Below are positions 40,031 to 52,483 of a DNA stretch of 64,000 bases, in pieces (positions within the stretch are counted from its first letter, which is position 1; each line of letters starts with the position of its first letter). The stretch comes from Octopus vulgaris (lineage: Eukaryota), in the NCBI GenBank assembly GCA_951406725.2, contig OX597832.1:8246001-8310000 (forward strand). Reading direction: 5' to 3'. The position numbers were made by a program, and so were the translations under genes. A model generated the notes under the pieces. It did not search any database, had not been told where the DNA came from, and saw only the letters and a program-made list of their open reading frames with translations.

Positions 40031-41999
40031 GTATTCCATAGACACGTGCACTCATAATGCAATTCGCGGGCCATATTATTGAGAAACAGTATAACACAGC
40101 TGTACCAAACAATTTATACATACAAACAAGAGATAAATACAGAGGAAGCGCGAGAGAAGGAGAGACGGGGAGATAGGGGAGAGGTTGCTATGTAGATAAA
40201 GAGAGGAATAAATATATAGATAGACATAGATAGGTAGACAAAAGGGGGAGATAATACAGTAAATCGAAGGCGGTACGTTAATAAATCTCTATTTACCTTT
40301 TCCGAGATGAAACCTAAGTTAGATGTCGGCAGCACAGCAATTGAACTCACTGAACAGTGAGCTGGAACAATCACGTCACGATTTTTTAATACTTGATCTA
40401 ACTATTGTTATTATTCACCACCTTTGGGGAGATGTATAATTGATTGAATCGATGCAGAAGCTAGTCTGGTACTTGTTTCATCGCTTCCATATGGATGAAA
40501 TACGAATATAGTAGCACGGGGATTTGAACAGATAACATAGACGGAAGAAATTATATACCACTATTCATCAAATTATGCGTTCTGTTTTATAATCAGGCCA
40601 AATTCCTAGACACACCGATAATAATGAAGTGAAAATGCCATCTTTAATTATTGACTTATCTGTTATACAATTTCTTTTCTTGTACAGTAGAGAATCTTGT
40701 CAGCCTGGAGAGTATAGCATTCTTATATCGTGTATTAATTACGACCGGGTATCACAGGAAAAACGCAAAGAAAGATAAATTCTCACGACCGGGAATTGAA
40801 AGTGCTCTACAAACATATTTTAATAACATATTAAAAGGTTATACTGTTGCTGTTATCGATAGCTACGACTCCAGTGTAAATGAATTGAACAACTATATAA
40901 CTGTATTCACTCTATTACATTCTATTGATATATTAAACTGTCTATATAATTTAAATATTTATGTCTTCTTTCAGAAATGATACTAACTTATTGTAAATAT
41001 AATGATAGTTCTTTTTCTCTCTCTCCTTCTCCCCTTCTCATTTTCTCTTTTTTATTGTCGGTTTATCTCTCTCTCTCTCTATCTCTCTTTATAATTTTGA
41101 TAAACGACGACTTATCTTAATACTACTCATGGTATTCATATTTAGGAGGTAGGTAAAAATGTATTGGAGCGTGTTGTTTCAGTTTAATCCTAGGTAAACT
41201 GTAACAAAGAAAGTTACATTCATTCTTTCATCCTTCGGGGGTCGACGCAGAAGGCCGGGTGGGGTATTCTATCAGTTCCCCAAACCCGTAAAGAATCGAA
41301 AGCGATCCTTCCTTTATCTATTCTCGGTCTTTGAGTTTTCACAGCAACTCATTCGAAGACATCTTTCAAGCCGTATTGGCCCAAGTCCGTGGCTCTTTAC
41401 TTCGCTAAATATTGCTGGTGTAGAGCGGGGAGTGTAGCATTGCATGTGCTGTCGCTGGTTTTCTTCACAGCATTTTGTCCAGGCCTGTATATATACATGT
41501 GCATACACATAATCAATATTGACCGACGACAGTCCCACAAGATTTTCTTTAAACTGAGTTCTCTGTTAATTCCTGCAATACAAGTGACTTTCGGTTGCAC
41601 GCTGTAACAGTTTATATGATATGTAAAATAATATATTAACTGGTACTTTATGTTTAATAGAAAATTGCTTCTTTCAATAGTTAGAGTTTTAAAACAAATG
41701 GCGCAAAAGCTATTCCGCTTTCGTTCATTTATTTCGTACTTAGACAAAATAATTCTTTAATATTTGATTTTATACACTGCCTACAACAGTATAATCTACA
41801 CCGAACGTTGTAGTATATCATATTGACTATTTTCACCATATCGATTTACCTTTTTAGGAGATAATGAATGACAATTTGAGATGACAGTTATCGAGACCTA
41901 CATAGTGCACATAATTTTAAAACATTTCAGCTGTGAAGAAGAGTGTGTAGATTTACAAAATTACATATTTCACAACAAGATAAGATAAGATGTTCAACG

Positions 42000-42823
42000 T
42001 CACTAGAATGTTTCTCGTGTCATTCTGTAACAATTTTAGCAGTGTTCCGCAACCATAGGATGAATTTGATCAGATAAAATGCTTAAATAGTCAGTTAGAA
42101 GAAGGCAGTCTTGGTCAAATGCTTCTTTTGGCTGTCTCCACACGTATACTCGGTCGGTAGTTGGAAATAAGGTAAAGGATGTCTTGTCCGTGAAAATAAC
42201 ATTCTTCCACTGCTCTAGGGACCTATTCTGTAGGAATTTTCTCCCCTCTAAACGCTTTGCAATATTTGTTTTTGAAAGTAGTGGTTTTCTGATTGCAGCC
42301 CTCCCGTAAAATCTTGCTTTGTGCAGCTCCCGATAAACAGTTTTTGTGGAAACTAGGTTCACGAGGTGGTCAATAAGCTCTGCAGTAATTTTGGGAGCTG
42401 TACTTTTGTGATCCTTTCTAACAATTCACTTGAGTCCGACAATCCCTATCTAAATGTTTTTCTTCCTGGGTTTTGTTTCGACGATGAGGCTTTCTCTTCT
42501 TTCTGAAAGGCTGTCATTACTTTCGAGACATTACTGCTTGGTACGTTAAACATTTCAGCTGTTTTCGTTAGGCTAGTGCCTGCCTATACGAGCACCAACA
42601 ATTTGACCTATTTGAAAGTCCGATAGATCTGTCATTTTAATGAATTTTAATTACCCTTTTGTGATGATAGCTGAAAAGATACAACAATTTTAGCAAAACA
42701 TATTAAGCAACACTAATGATATATCAAACACATAAAAATAAACAAGGTATTGACAGTTTTATAGATATCTAAAAATTATGATGCTTTGATACTTGGTGTT
42801 TCCATTATTTTGTCATACCCCTG
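42000..42823 (-). mobile_element. Tc1 (DD34E-type) transposon, 5' part
   Basis: TIR CAGGGGTATGACAAAATAATGGAAACACC at 42823; ATG at 42635 (MTDLSDFQIGQIVGAR); VSTKTVYRELHKARFYGRAAIRKPLL...QWKNVIFTDKTSF...VYVWRQPKEAF; internally deleted. Confidence 0.88.
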
Positions 42824-44244
42824 CGTGTGTGTATGTGTGTGTATGTCTGCGTGCATACTTGTGAGGGTGTATGATAAAATGATGAAGATGGTGACGACAG
42901 CATGCTTTCAGTGTATAGCTATTTCTTCAAAAATAATCATCCAAAAGTGTCCGGCTGTAGTATGACAAGTGGTTCTCAAGCTCGGCCCGCGATTCGTGCC
43001 TTTCTCCATAAATATGGCAGTTTAAAAGACATTTTACAACCCTGATCTTCTTGATGATGAAAAGTATCTTCTCTGTTCAAACCACACCAAGGGCGGTAAA
43101 ATTTTCCAGAGTCATGCCAAAAATATTTACCCAGCCTCTGAAGGAGAAGGCCACCATAGTCAGTCTCTGTCTCACTTACTACATGAGATTTTTATGATTA
43201 ACGAGATTAACTCTAGACATTATATCTAAATTCTGGATCGAAATCTGGTATCTCCCTAATTTCTCCTTTTGCAAGGACCTCTTGAGCTCTGCGTGTTCTA
43301 TACGGTTTGCTTCAATCTTCTCGCAACCATCCTTTTATTATACTACGTCAGTCAGTTCTGTTCTTTGCTAAGAATTTCCAGTTTCTAATGTCCTTGTTAA
43401 TAATCTTCAAATTGTCCTTAACCACATCATGAAATCGCTTCTTTGATCATGACTTCGCCTCCTTTTTTATTTGAAATCTCACAAAACAATCTCTGAGCCA
43501 ACTGGTATCGTACCTCCAGATACCATTACTAGTCTAACACAGTTCATTCTAGACAACCATCTCATTACGTTCACAGCCGGCTGTTGTATGCATAAGGTTC
43601 TGATCTCATTGCACACGATGGAACTTGGAGATCATAGTAAGTAATTTTTGAGGTCTTATTGCGTTTTGAACTGATCACTAGCCTCCACAAAACCAAACTA
43701 ATGTATATTTCTCCTCCATGTGAGGTTCCTATTAGCCCAACATTAGAGTTGACGATACGCAGTTAAGTATAGTAGATCGGTTTAAATATCTTAGAAGTAT
43801 TATCAATAATGTTGAACCCCTTGATTCGAAAATAATTCAGAGAATTACGGATATCAATTCAGCATTTTGAAAATTGAATAAAAGTATATGTGTGATAAAA
43901 GGCCTTCACCTGAGAGAACCAATTATGATTACAAACTGTACTTTTGTACGGATCTGAGGTGGATATCCCTAAGGCGACACATAAAAGGTGACACATAATC
44001 TTAAGGCGATATACACACCCTTGTACGCGTGCACATATCTATACAATCTTATAGATCTTATAAATACATTGCAAATACACACTGCATCAACATCTGTACG
44101 TACATATGCACATACAAGTTTATATGCTTACATATAACTATAAACATATTTTCACACATACGCTAATTCCTCTCCAGCGACGCAGCCGATTTCCTGTTCA
44201 CCATGAATTATTTTCCAAGTAATAGTTGTCGTTGAAGTACCATA

Positions 44245-44852
44245 TGGTGTTTGCTAAATTTTCTGGAGAATAATTCTTAGTGGTAAGACGATAGCAGATC
44301 TTCTTCTAGCATAAATGTTTCCACATAGTGGTAATTCCCACTTATATGTATGTAATACTATTTACTCAACCTCAGTTTTTTAATATGCTAAACCACTGGT
44401 GTTGAATTGATATTTTCAAATTAATATCCAATTTTTCACCCTCATTTTAATTTTAATTTTAAATTAATACGTTTTCAAACCGGCAAAGGCTTCTGCAGTA
44501 AATTATTTTATGCAACATTTCCGGTAATTTAGCGCGCCAAATCTTCGTTTTGGCGCGCTAAATTACCGGAAATGTTGCATAAAATAATTTACTGCAGAAG
44601 CCTTTGTCGGTTTGAAAACGTATTAATTTAAAATTAAAATTAAAATGAGGGTGAAAAATTGGATATTAATTTGAAAATATCAATTCAACACCAGTGGTTT
44701 AGCATATTAAAAAACTGAGGTTGAGTAAATAGTATTACATACATATAAGTGGGAATTACCACTATGTGGAAACATTTATGCTAGAAGATCTGCTATCGTC
44801 TTACCACTAAGAATTCTTCTCCGTTAATATATAGAAAATTTAGCAAACACCA
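44245..44852. repeat. Near-perfect palindrome, arms about 295 bp, 7-nt spacer (44542-44548)
   Basis: ...TAATTTAGCGCGCCAAA tcttcgt TTTGGCGCGCTAAATTA...; arms pair out to TGGTGTTTGCTAAATTTTCT / AGAAAATTTAGCAAACACCA. Confidence 0.95.
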
Positions 44853-45160
44853 GAAACATAAGCGAGCAAGACAAATGAAAAGTAACAAAAATATAGATTA
44901 ATCATAAACAACTTTTCATTATCAACAAATTACGTAATTTTACTTACGCAATTTATCTGTAGATCTTACATACGGGCGATCATACTGAAGATCTACAGAT
45001 AAATTACGTAAACAAAATTACGTAATTTGTTGATAGTGAAACATTGTTTATGATTAATTTATATTTTTATTACATTTCATTTGTCTTGCTCGATTACGTT
45101 TCTGGTCTTTGCTAAATTTTCTAGAGAACAATTCTTTGTGGTAAGACCATAGCCGATCTG
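44787..45160. repeat. Second, more diverged palindrome overlapping the first (arms about 175 bp)
   Basis: ATTTATCTGTAGATCTT (ends 44967) versus AAGATCTACAGATAAAT (starts 44988); pairing extends to GATCTGCTATCGTCTTACCAC / GTGGTAAGACCATAGCCGATC. Confidence 0.9.
44978..45055 (+). ncRNA. Type I hammerhead ribozyme motif at the palindrome centre
   Basis: GATCATA CTGAAGA T-CTA..AAATTACGTAA-acaaaa-TTACGTAATTT..TAG-T GAAA CATTG T T TATGATT. 7-bp stem I, long stem II with U-U closing pair, GUU site. Confidence 0.65.
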
Positions 45161-46414
45161 CTCACTCTCTCTTACTCCACACACACACACATAATTTAGA
45201 AAGTTTGATTACAATGGATCCATGGAGAATCGAGGCATGTTAAAGTGAAGCACGCCACTAATTGACTAGACAATGAAATAAATGCAGCAAGTCTTAAAAA
45301 TTCCATTCGTCTTTTCTGTTGTGTGCATGCATGTATATATATATATATATACACTCACATATATATATATATGTATATGTTTGTATGTGTGTGCGTGTTT
45401 GTAAATGTCATAACTAAAATCTCACTGATGTAGCTTATTTTATTATTAAAAATATCTCGTTCGAGCCTAAAGAAGCAATTTCATATCTCTCTTGTTACAT
45501 GCGTGTCTTTCTCACCATGAATCACATTTGCATAACAAACAATTCTGTGTTACGTATACGCCACTAAAAGAAAAAAGAACAATATCTACTCATGGTGTAT
45601 TGTGAAATATAATAACTTTTCTTTATTCGCTCGATTTATAAAAAAAAGTTTATTCACATTTTTAACTAATAAAAAAACAGATCTAATATACATGAAACAT
45701 TACTTTCAATGCTTCAACATATTTTTACAGAAATATTATTAAAGGAGAAATAGAAAGACAATTGCAACGCTAGCGTTTCTTTTGTAATCTCAGTTTTTTT
45801 GTTTTTCTCCCCATGAAGTATTTCGTGACGAAATCTTCTAAAAAAATATTTCAAAGAAAAAGAACTACTCGTTTAGATTCTTTTCGATGTGACGAAACAA
45901 GAAAGCAATGTTACAGTATTTTCTTAATATTTTTCACTGGAAATTTAGCTTATATTCATATATTCAAAAGTAATTTTTGTCTAGACAAGGGAGACATTTT
46001 GAGACAGAATATTCGAAATACGTGCAAACGAATACAAATATTTTCCCTTCAAAGATATTCTTTTTTTTTCAAATCGTAATACAATAAATGAGAAGAAGAA
46101 ACGAAATCAATATTTAAAAAAAAAATATGGTATTGGCAATGTAATACATAACTCTCAGCAGTTAAGACAACTATTCTAAAAGTGTACGAACCGCTGTGAA
46201 GTAAACATATACTTAATGTGAGCGCTAATTCTGATACTAGTAACCAGGTGCATTTTAACAGCAGAAACGTGATAGTGGTATTAACTGCAAATTAAGTACA
46301 GGAAAAGAATACGTGTTGAAAAAAGATAACGATATGTTAATGTCAGCTAAAGACAGCAAGAAACATTTGACAGTTAGTACATGCACATTTACACGCACAA
46401 ACACAGCATAGTGC

Positions 46415-46416
46415 AC

Positions 46417-46482
<66 letters not shown>

Positions 46483-46483
46483 A

Positions 46484-46522
<39 letters not shown>

Positions 46523-46539
46523 ATCCCCTCTCTCTCTGT

Positions 46540-46620
<81 letters not shown>
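46415..46620. repeat. (TATC)n followed by (TA)n
   Basis: Direct reading. Confidence 0.95.
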
Positions 46621-46623
<3 letters not shown>

Positions 46624-46773
46624 AGAATTCAAAAAAACAAAAGACGAAGACAGGTGGTGTAGACAACAAACAGATGTATTAGTATAACGTTCCAAAAGTG
46701 AAAATCTCTTTAACGTTTCGAGCCTACGCTCTTCCACAGAAAGGAACACAGAAATAAACAAGGAGAGAAAATA
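46619..46773 (-). mobile_element. Penelope-like fragment with variant hammerhead (46708-46743)
   Basis: Minus strand: CTTT CTGTGGA A GAGC-GTAG-GCTC GAAA CG T T AAAG. All stems intact, core A6 changed to U; abuts (TA)n. Confidence 0.6.
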
Positions 46774-46820
46774 ATACCCCTATACTATCTCTCTCCATCT
46801 ACACACAATCGCCCACGCAT

Positions 46821-46866
<46 letters not shown>

Positions 46867-47914
46867 ACAAGCATATAAGCATATAAACTGAGTATTGCTT
46901 ATTCAATGTTATACAATTATTCTGATTTAGTCGTTTCATTCAACGTTAACGTGCAACTCCAAGTCAAGTTTCCTGACGCATCGGTTTTACACACTCTACT
47001 TTATATATTGAGTACGTTTGTCGGATTTCTATGCACAAATGTTTACAAATCAGTCAATCAACACAAACACACACTCACTCGTATATTCGTATATGTGTGT
47101 GTGTTTGTGCTTGTATGTACGAATGAGTCAATGAATATTTGCTTGATATAGCAGAGAAAGGAAATGAGAAAGAGAGGGTGGCTGAGCTAAAGTTAGATTT
47201 AGACTGATAAAAAATAAAATGGACAAAAACTAAATGAAACAACGTTGAACATTGATAGATGCACCGACTTCACATACTTGGTTTTATTCCTTTGTTCCTA
47301 ACTTTTATGCTATTATGTAAAATTTCAAATTGATAAAAACTAAGTTATTGTCTGAAACAATTGTGTATTCAGGTGTATCGAACTGAAAATAATTATTAAA
47401 ATCAGAAATTGAAATTTGAACTAGAATCACAATTCAATAAAACAAATATCACTTTGAGAATGAATAAAAAAAATTCAATTTTCTCTCTCAAATAGTATTT
47501 TAAATTGAGTTTAACATTCAATTTCAGATTTCAGGAGCCACCTACAGATATTTTGATAAAAAATATTACAATTTTGCGAATAATAATTTGAAGCCATGGG
47601 AAAACCTGAAGGATCTGCACGAAAAAACAAAACAAGACAATATTACTTCAAATTGCTTGAATCCAAATTTGAATTACTAGAAGCCTGTTTGTATGGCAAT
47701 ATTTATTTGGAGTTTAATTTCCAAATAGATACCAAATGAAAACTATAACAAGGTTTTAGGCATCTTTAGAAATCCATATTATTTCACTATTTTCATGACT
47801 TAAATGGGAGTACCTGGAAATTTATAAGGAGTTTTAATCTAATCACATTGCCTTAATGAATGCATGGAATATTGATTGCCCTGCAGGGACGTTGTTATCG
47901 GTTACGTTTCATCT

Positions 47915-48110
47915 TTTATTTCTTTCAGTCACTCGTGTGCGGCCTTGCTGGGGCTCCGCCTAAAAGTATTTAGTTAAATAAATCGACTCTATATTACTGC
48001 GAAAAAATTTAGTACATTTAGTACATCGATCTCTTCCTCAGGACCGCTGAGTTACGTGGACGTTAACAAACCATCAGCAATTGTCAAACAGTGGTGGCTT
48101 CACAATCAAT
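47915..48110 (-). mobile_element. SINE family A 3' half, strongly decayed
   Basis: TTTCAGTCACTCGTGTGCGGCCTTGCTGGGGCTCCGCC...ACCGCTGAGTTACGTGGACGTTAAC. Confidence 0.7.
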
Positions 48111-48129
48111 ATATGTATGTGTGTGTGAG

Positions 48130-48186
<57 letters not shown>

Positions 48187-48223
48187 GAATGAATGGAATC
48201 GAACGAAGATGTTAACAAAATTC

Positions 48224-48314
48224 CTTTACTCTCGACATATGTTTCGAAGACAGCATGTTTTCATTCCAAAGGAATAAAGAGTGCACTATGCGATCTTCTC
48301 ATCAGGAAAGAAAG
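48224..48314 (-). ncRNA. Type I hammerhead ribozyme (intact core)
   Basis: Reverse-complement copy of 48947-49037: CTTTC CTGATGA GAAGA...TCTTC GAAA CATATG TC GAGAG. Confidence 0.85.
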
Positions 48315-48946
48315 GGAGCCTCTCTCGACAACAAGACAAACAAAAATTTCGATGATTGCCTACATGGTAAACAAAGTTATCCAAGAGAATTTCAAACCAC
48401 TATTCAACATTCAGGGATAGTAAAAAACGACATAGTACAGGGCTAAGTAAATTAGTTTGGCGTCTTAAAGACAACAATATAATTTTCAAGTTAGATTGGT
48501 TCATACTGTCTGTATCCTTTCCTTTTGATAAGGGCAGGAGATTTTTAACATTTGTAATTCTGAACTCTTCCATATTCTTTTCTCTATGGTTCCCCTAGTA
48601 AACACACTCTTAGAAAAATCATACAAATGTAAACACTGGCAGAAACACACTTTCTACTCATATAAATGATAACGATAGTCACTGTGGTTTGAACAATTAG
48701 CTTTACGTCCACCCCAATACTATAGAGAAATTCTTTCCTAAGCCTTCGAACATTCTTTCAATCAACGTACCCTTCCCTCTCCACTTGTTCCCTACCTATT
48801 ATTCCTTTTATCCCTTCTCTTCCTACTATCTAACTTTGACGTCAATCCTTCTAACGGTTTTTTTTGAAAAAGCACTCATTATCGCTTTGTTTACCATGTA
48901 GGCAATCATCGAAATTTTTGTTTGTCTTGTTGTCGAGAGAGGCTCT

Positions 48947-49037
48947 CTTTCTTTCCTGATGAGAAGATTGCATAGTGCACCCTTTATTCCTTTGGAATGA
49001 AAACATGCTGTCTTCGAAACATATGTCGAGAGTAAAG
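48947..49037 (+). ncRNA. Type I hammerhead ribozyme (intact core)
   Basis: CTTT-CTTTC CTGATGA(48956-62) GAAGA..GCAT...ATGC..TCTTC GAAA(49016-19) CATATG TC GAGAG-T-AAAG. Perfect core, 5-bp stem II base, palindromic ACAUAUGU stem III, GUC cleavage predicted after 49027. Confidence 0.88.
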
Positions 49038-49233
49038 GAATTTTGTTAACATCTTCGTTCGACTCCATTCTTTCATTTATTCATATACACACACAAATTT
49101 CTGCACATGAACCCGGAGTTTCCACCCTTATAAGGGTTGATTCAACCGCGTTTCTGACGTGAATTTGCTACCCAGGTTTCGGTTAAACGAATTTTCCATA
49201 CTGACGATAAACATAGGATAATTCATTCACCTA

Positions 49234-49317
<84 letters not shown>

Positions 49318-49325
49318 TTGCGTAT

Positions 49326-49534
49326 TGTCAACCTAACGTGACAGTAAGGGAATTACACCACCGCTGTTTAGCCCTAGGAAGCATCGAGGCTTCCTGTCGG
49401 CCTTGACATATTTCCTGTGTCCTTGGTAAATATATAAGGACACAGGAAATATGTCAAGGCCGACAGGAAGTGTCGATGCTTCCTAGGGCTAAACAGCGGT
49501 GGTGTAATTCCCTTACTGTCACGTTAAGTTGACA
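49326..49534. repeat. Palindrome, arms about 99 bp, 11-nt spacer
   Basis: ...TTTCCTGTGTCCTT ggtaaatatat AAGGACACAGGAAA...; few mismatches between arms. Confidence 0.95.
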
Positions 49535-49583
49535 CGCTCCACCACCGTACATATCTCTATGAGATATTTAGAAATTTAATATT

Positions 49584-49653
<70 letters not shown>

Positions 49654-49701
49654 GTATATATATATGTTTATATATATGTATATATATATATATATATAAA
49701 C

Positions 49702-49784
<83 letters not shown>

Positions 49785-49788
<4 letters not shown>

Positions 49789-49960
49789 GTGAATCCTAAG
49801 AAGAACAAACAAGAAAAGACGATAACGCGAGGACGGGATACAAGTACAGTATTATCAGACGTTCAGGAAAGGAAGGAAATATGATTTAACGCTTCGAGCC
49901 AAGCTCTTCTTCAGAAATAGAGCAAAGTCCAAAGGAAGTGGAAACGGAGGCAGAAAATGA
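49785..49960 (-). mobile_element. Penelope-like fragment with hammerhead motif (49884-49918)
   Basis: Minus strand: ATTT CTGAAGA A GAGC-TTG-GCTC GAAG CG T T AAAT (A15.1 changed to G); abuts (TA)n. Confidence 0.6.
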
Positions 49961-49978
49961 ATGACTTCACTAGTAGTT

Positions 49979-50545
49979 AAAATCTGTTTAATTTATTTTT
50001 TTAAACAATTTTTATACTATACATTTTACACTTTAGTTCGTACATCTCAAGTAAGTGCTTTGGTAACTTGCGTGGGGAGATTACAAAAACATCCCATGTT
50101 AACTTTTCTGGAGAACTTTCTGAGATTCGTTGTCAAACAAATCTGAGGGTGTGGGGCTTTGTGATTCTATATATGGGATTTGGGTGTGTTTCGGGCGAGA
50201 TGGGGGTGGGGTGTTAATCAGTGTTGAAGTGAGAGAGTGTTGATCAATAAGAGCTGAAAGAAAATGGTGAATGGTCAAAACAAGAAACTTGATAGGTGTG
50301 GAGTTGGGAAGTGGTGAGGTGTTAAAGGAGTGTTTTATGAAGCCATTTGAATAGTTAACCTTTGGTGAGAAATATAATTATCAGATGTTTTTCCAAATTC
50401 TTTCTCTTAGTAGTTTTCTGTTTTAGATGTAGTCTGGGGTGGTGTTGTTAATGAGGTGTAAGGCACATGTCTTTTGATAGAAATTTTCGGTGATAGAAAT
50501 GCTTTTTAATATTGGTTTGGATGAGAGGTTGGGGAGATCATGCTA
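49979..50545 (-). mobile_element. LINE-like 3' end (clade unresolved)
   Basis: Purine/pyrimidine-skewed block ending in an A-rich tail on the minus strand; its terminal 210 bp recur almost identically at 52010-52221. Confidence 0.55.
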
Positions 50546-51023
50546 GCTCAGCTCACATATTTACTTCCCTACACATAACAAACTAAAAGTATACAGACCT
50601 CTCTCTCTCTCTCTTTCTCTCTCTGTATATATATATATATACACATACACATAAAAATGTAAATACACATGTGTCAATATCTACAAACATACATATATAT
50701 ACACATACACACACATACATACGCATCTCTATATGTATACATACACATGCATATATATAAACACACATACACACATATATACATATGCATACTCACACAT
50801 ATAAAAGCACTTTATAGAAACACATACAAATATATAAACACAATCATATCTGCATACACATATACATCTATATACATACATATATGTATTTATATGCAGA
50901 AATGTATATCTATTTATATGTGTATTTGTATAGATATAGGTTTTTATATATAAATGTGTGTATGCACATGTTTGTGTGAGTGTATGCGCATGGTTGTATA
51001 TATATATGTGTGTGTAGGGGTAC

Positions 51024-51067
<44 letters not shown>

Positions 51068-51269
51068 GTATGTATTAGTATATCTGTGAAATATGTGTGT
51101 AGAGATAGATACATGTATATTCATATATACATGTTTATGTGTATGTATATGGAAAGAGAGAAAGAGAGAGAGAGAGAGAGCGAAAGAAACAAGGATCTCA
51201 TACTTTTCCAATATATATATGCATGATTCGGCAATATATTGTCGTCAAAATTATGCAAAAAGGAAAATT

Positions 51270-52480
51270 ACACTGACATCTCATTTTAATAGATATGTTT
51301 ATCAAAATTGCAATGTCTTGCAATATTAAAGATTCGCCATTGCTTTCATCCACGGTTTCCAGAAGTTTTCGGAATACCCTGCAGCTCTTCTGGACGGTCT
51401 CCTTGCTTTAAGTTGGTCAATGCTGCCATAATCCTTGCCTTCAGGTGTTACTTGAAGTTTTGTTGGTCTCTCGCTCAACTGCACCCAACATAAAGTAATC
51501 AAGACTGTTGCAATCTGGGGAATTAGGTGGCCAGATGTTACAGGTGAAGTGGTTGCAGTAATTGGCTGACAGCTGTTTTAGCACGATTCAGGGTCCTGTT
51601 GCTAGATATAGGATCTTTCAGCAGCTACCCTCTTCACCCAAGGCAGCACTACTACCACCAAACACTTGATGTAGGCTACCGTCTTGAGTGAGAGGCCGAA
51701 TATGAATGAAAGCATAAAGTCGACATCACTAGTGATCACCCCAAACACTACGATGTTGATTCGATGTTTGATTTTTATCACTCTCGGTACATGTTTTATG
51801 GACACGGCAAGCCAACGGTTGTTGTGTGTATTCACTAGCTAATCCTGGCAGAAATGCTTCTCATCTCAGAAAAACCAATGCATTCAGTTAGTGGCGATGC
51901 TTTAGTTTGTTCCGCGGTCCTATCTTCTTTTCCTTGATGGCTTGGAATAAACATTGGCCATTTGTCATCTTGTATGAGGAATAGCTAATGCCTTTATATA
52001 TTATCTGCCTAAAATCAGTTTAATTTATTTTTTTAAACAATTTTTATACTATACATTTTACACTTTAGTTTGTACATCTCAAGTAAGTGCTTTGGTAACT
52101 TGGGTGGGGAGATTACAAAAACATCCCATGTTAACTTTTCTGGAGAACTTTCTGAGATTCGTTGTCAAACAGATCTGAGGGTGTGGGGCTTTGTGATTCT
52201 ATATATGGGATTTGGGTGTGTATATACAAAATCCCTGGTGATGGATTTGTTTTACATGAAACGATCGCTGTGAATCACGGCCTGGATTTCATCAACAAAT
52301 TCAGGAGCTCTTTTCTTATTAGAACGATCCGAGTGAGTTCTCAGAGCTGCAGCACCTTTCGTAATCACCATTAGTCTAATCCAACTCTTTCTGAATCCCC
52401 TGCATTGTTCTCTGATTGATACCGAAATATTCTGAAATGTTCGTATAGGAATACGAACAACATGAAAAATCATGAACTGA
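51270..52480 (-). mobile_element. Decayed maT/DD37D-like Tc1-mariner transposon, interrupted by a LINE tail
   Basis: Minus frames: RAPEFVDEIQAVI, IVVFGVITSDVDFMLSFIF...AYIKCL...LPWVKRVAAERSYI*QQD, IWPPNSPDCNSLDY. Confidence 0.85.
52010..52221 (-). mobile_element. 5'-truncated copy of the 49979-50545 element
   Basis: Near-identical to 49979-50189. Confidence 0.8.
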
Positions 52481-52483
52481 ATC

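Larger units (their letters stand above)
48181..49082. mobile_element. Penelope-like element with about 195-bp inverted terminal repeats, each containing a hammerhead
   Basis: 48181-48376 and 48885-49080 are near-identical inverted copies (the ORF track shows MESNEDVNK... on both strands); left end abuts (TA)n. Confidence 0.8.

Noticed and set aside
48193-49068. Duplicated 75-80 aa ORFs MESNEDVNK...
   Set aside because: By-product of the inverted repeat, antisense to the hammerhead; the two ORFs diverge exactly at the repeat boundary
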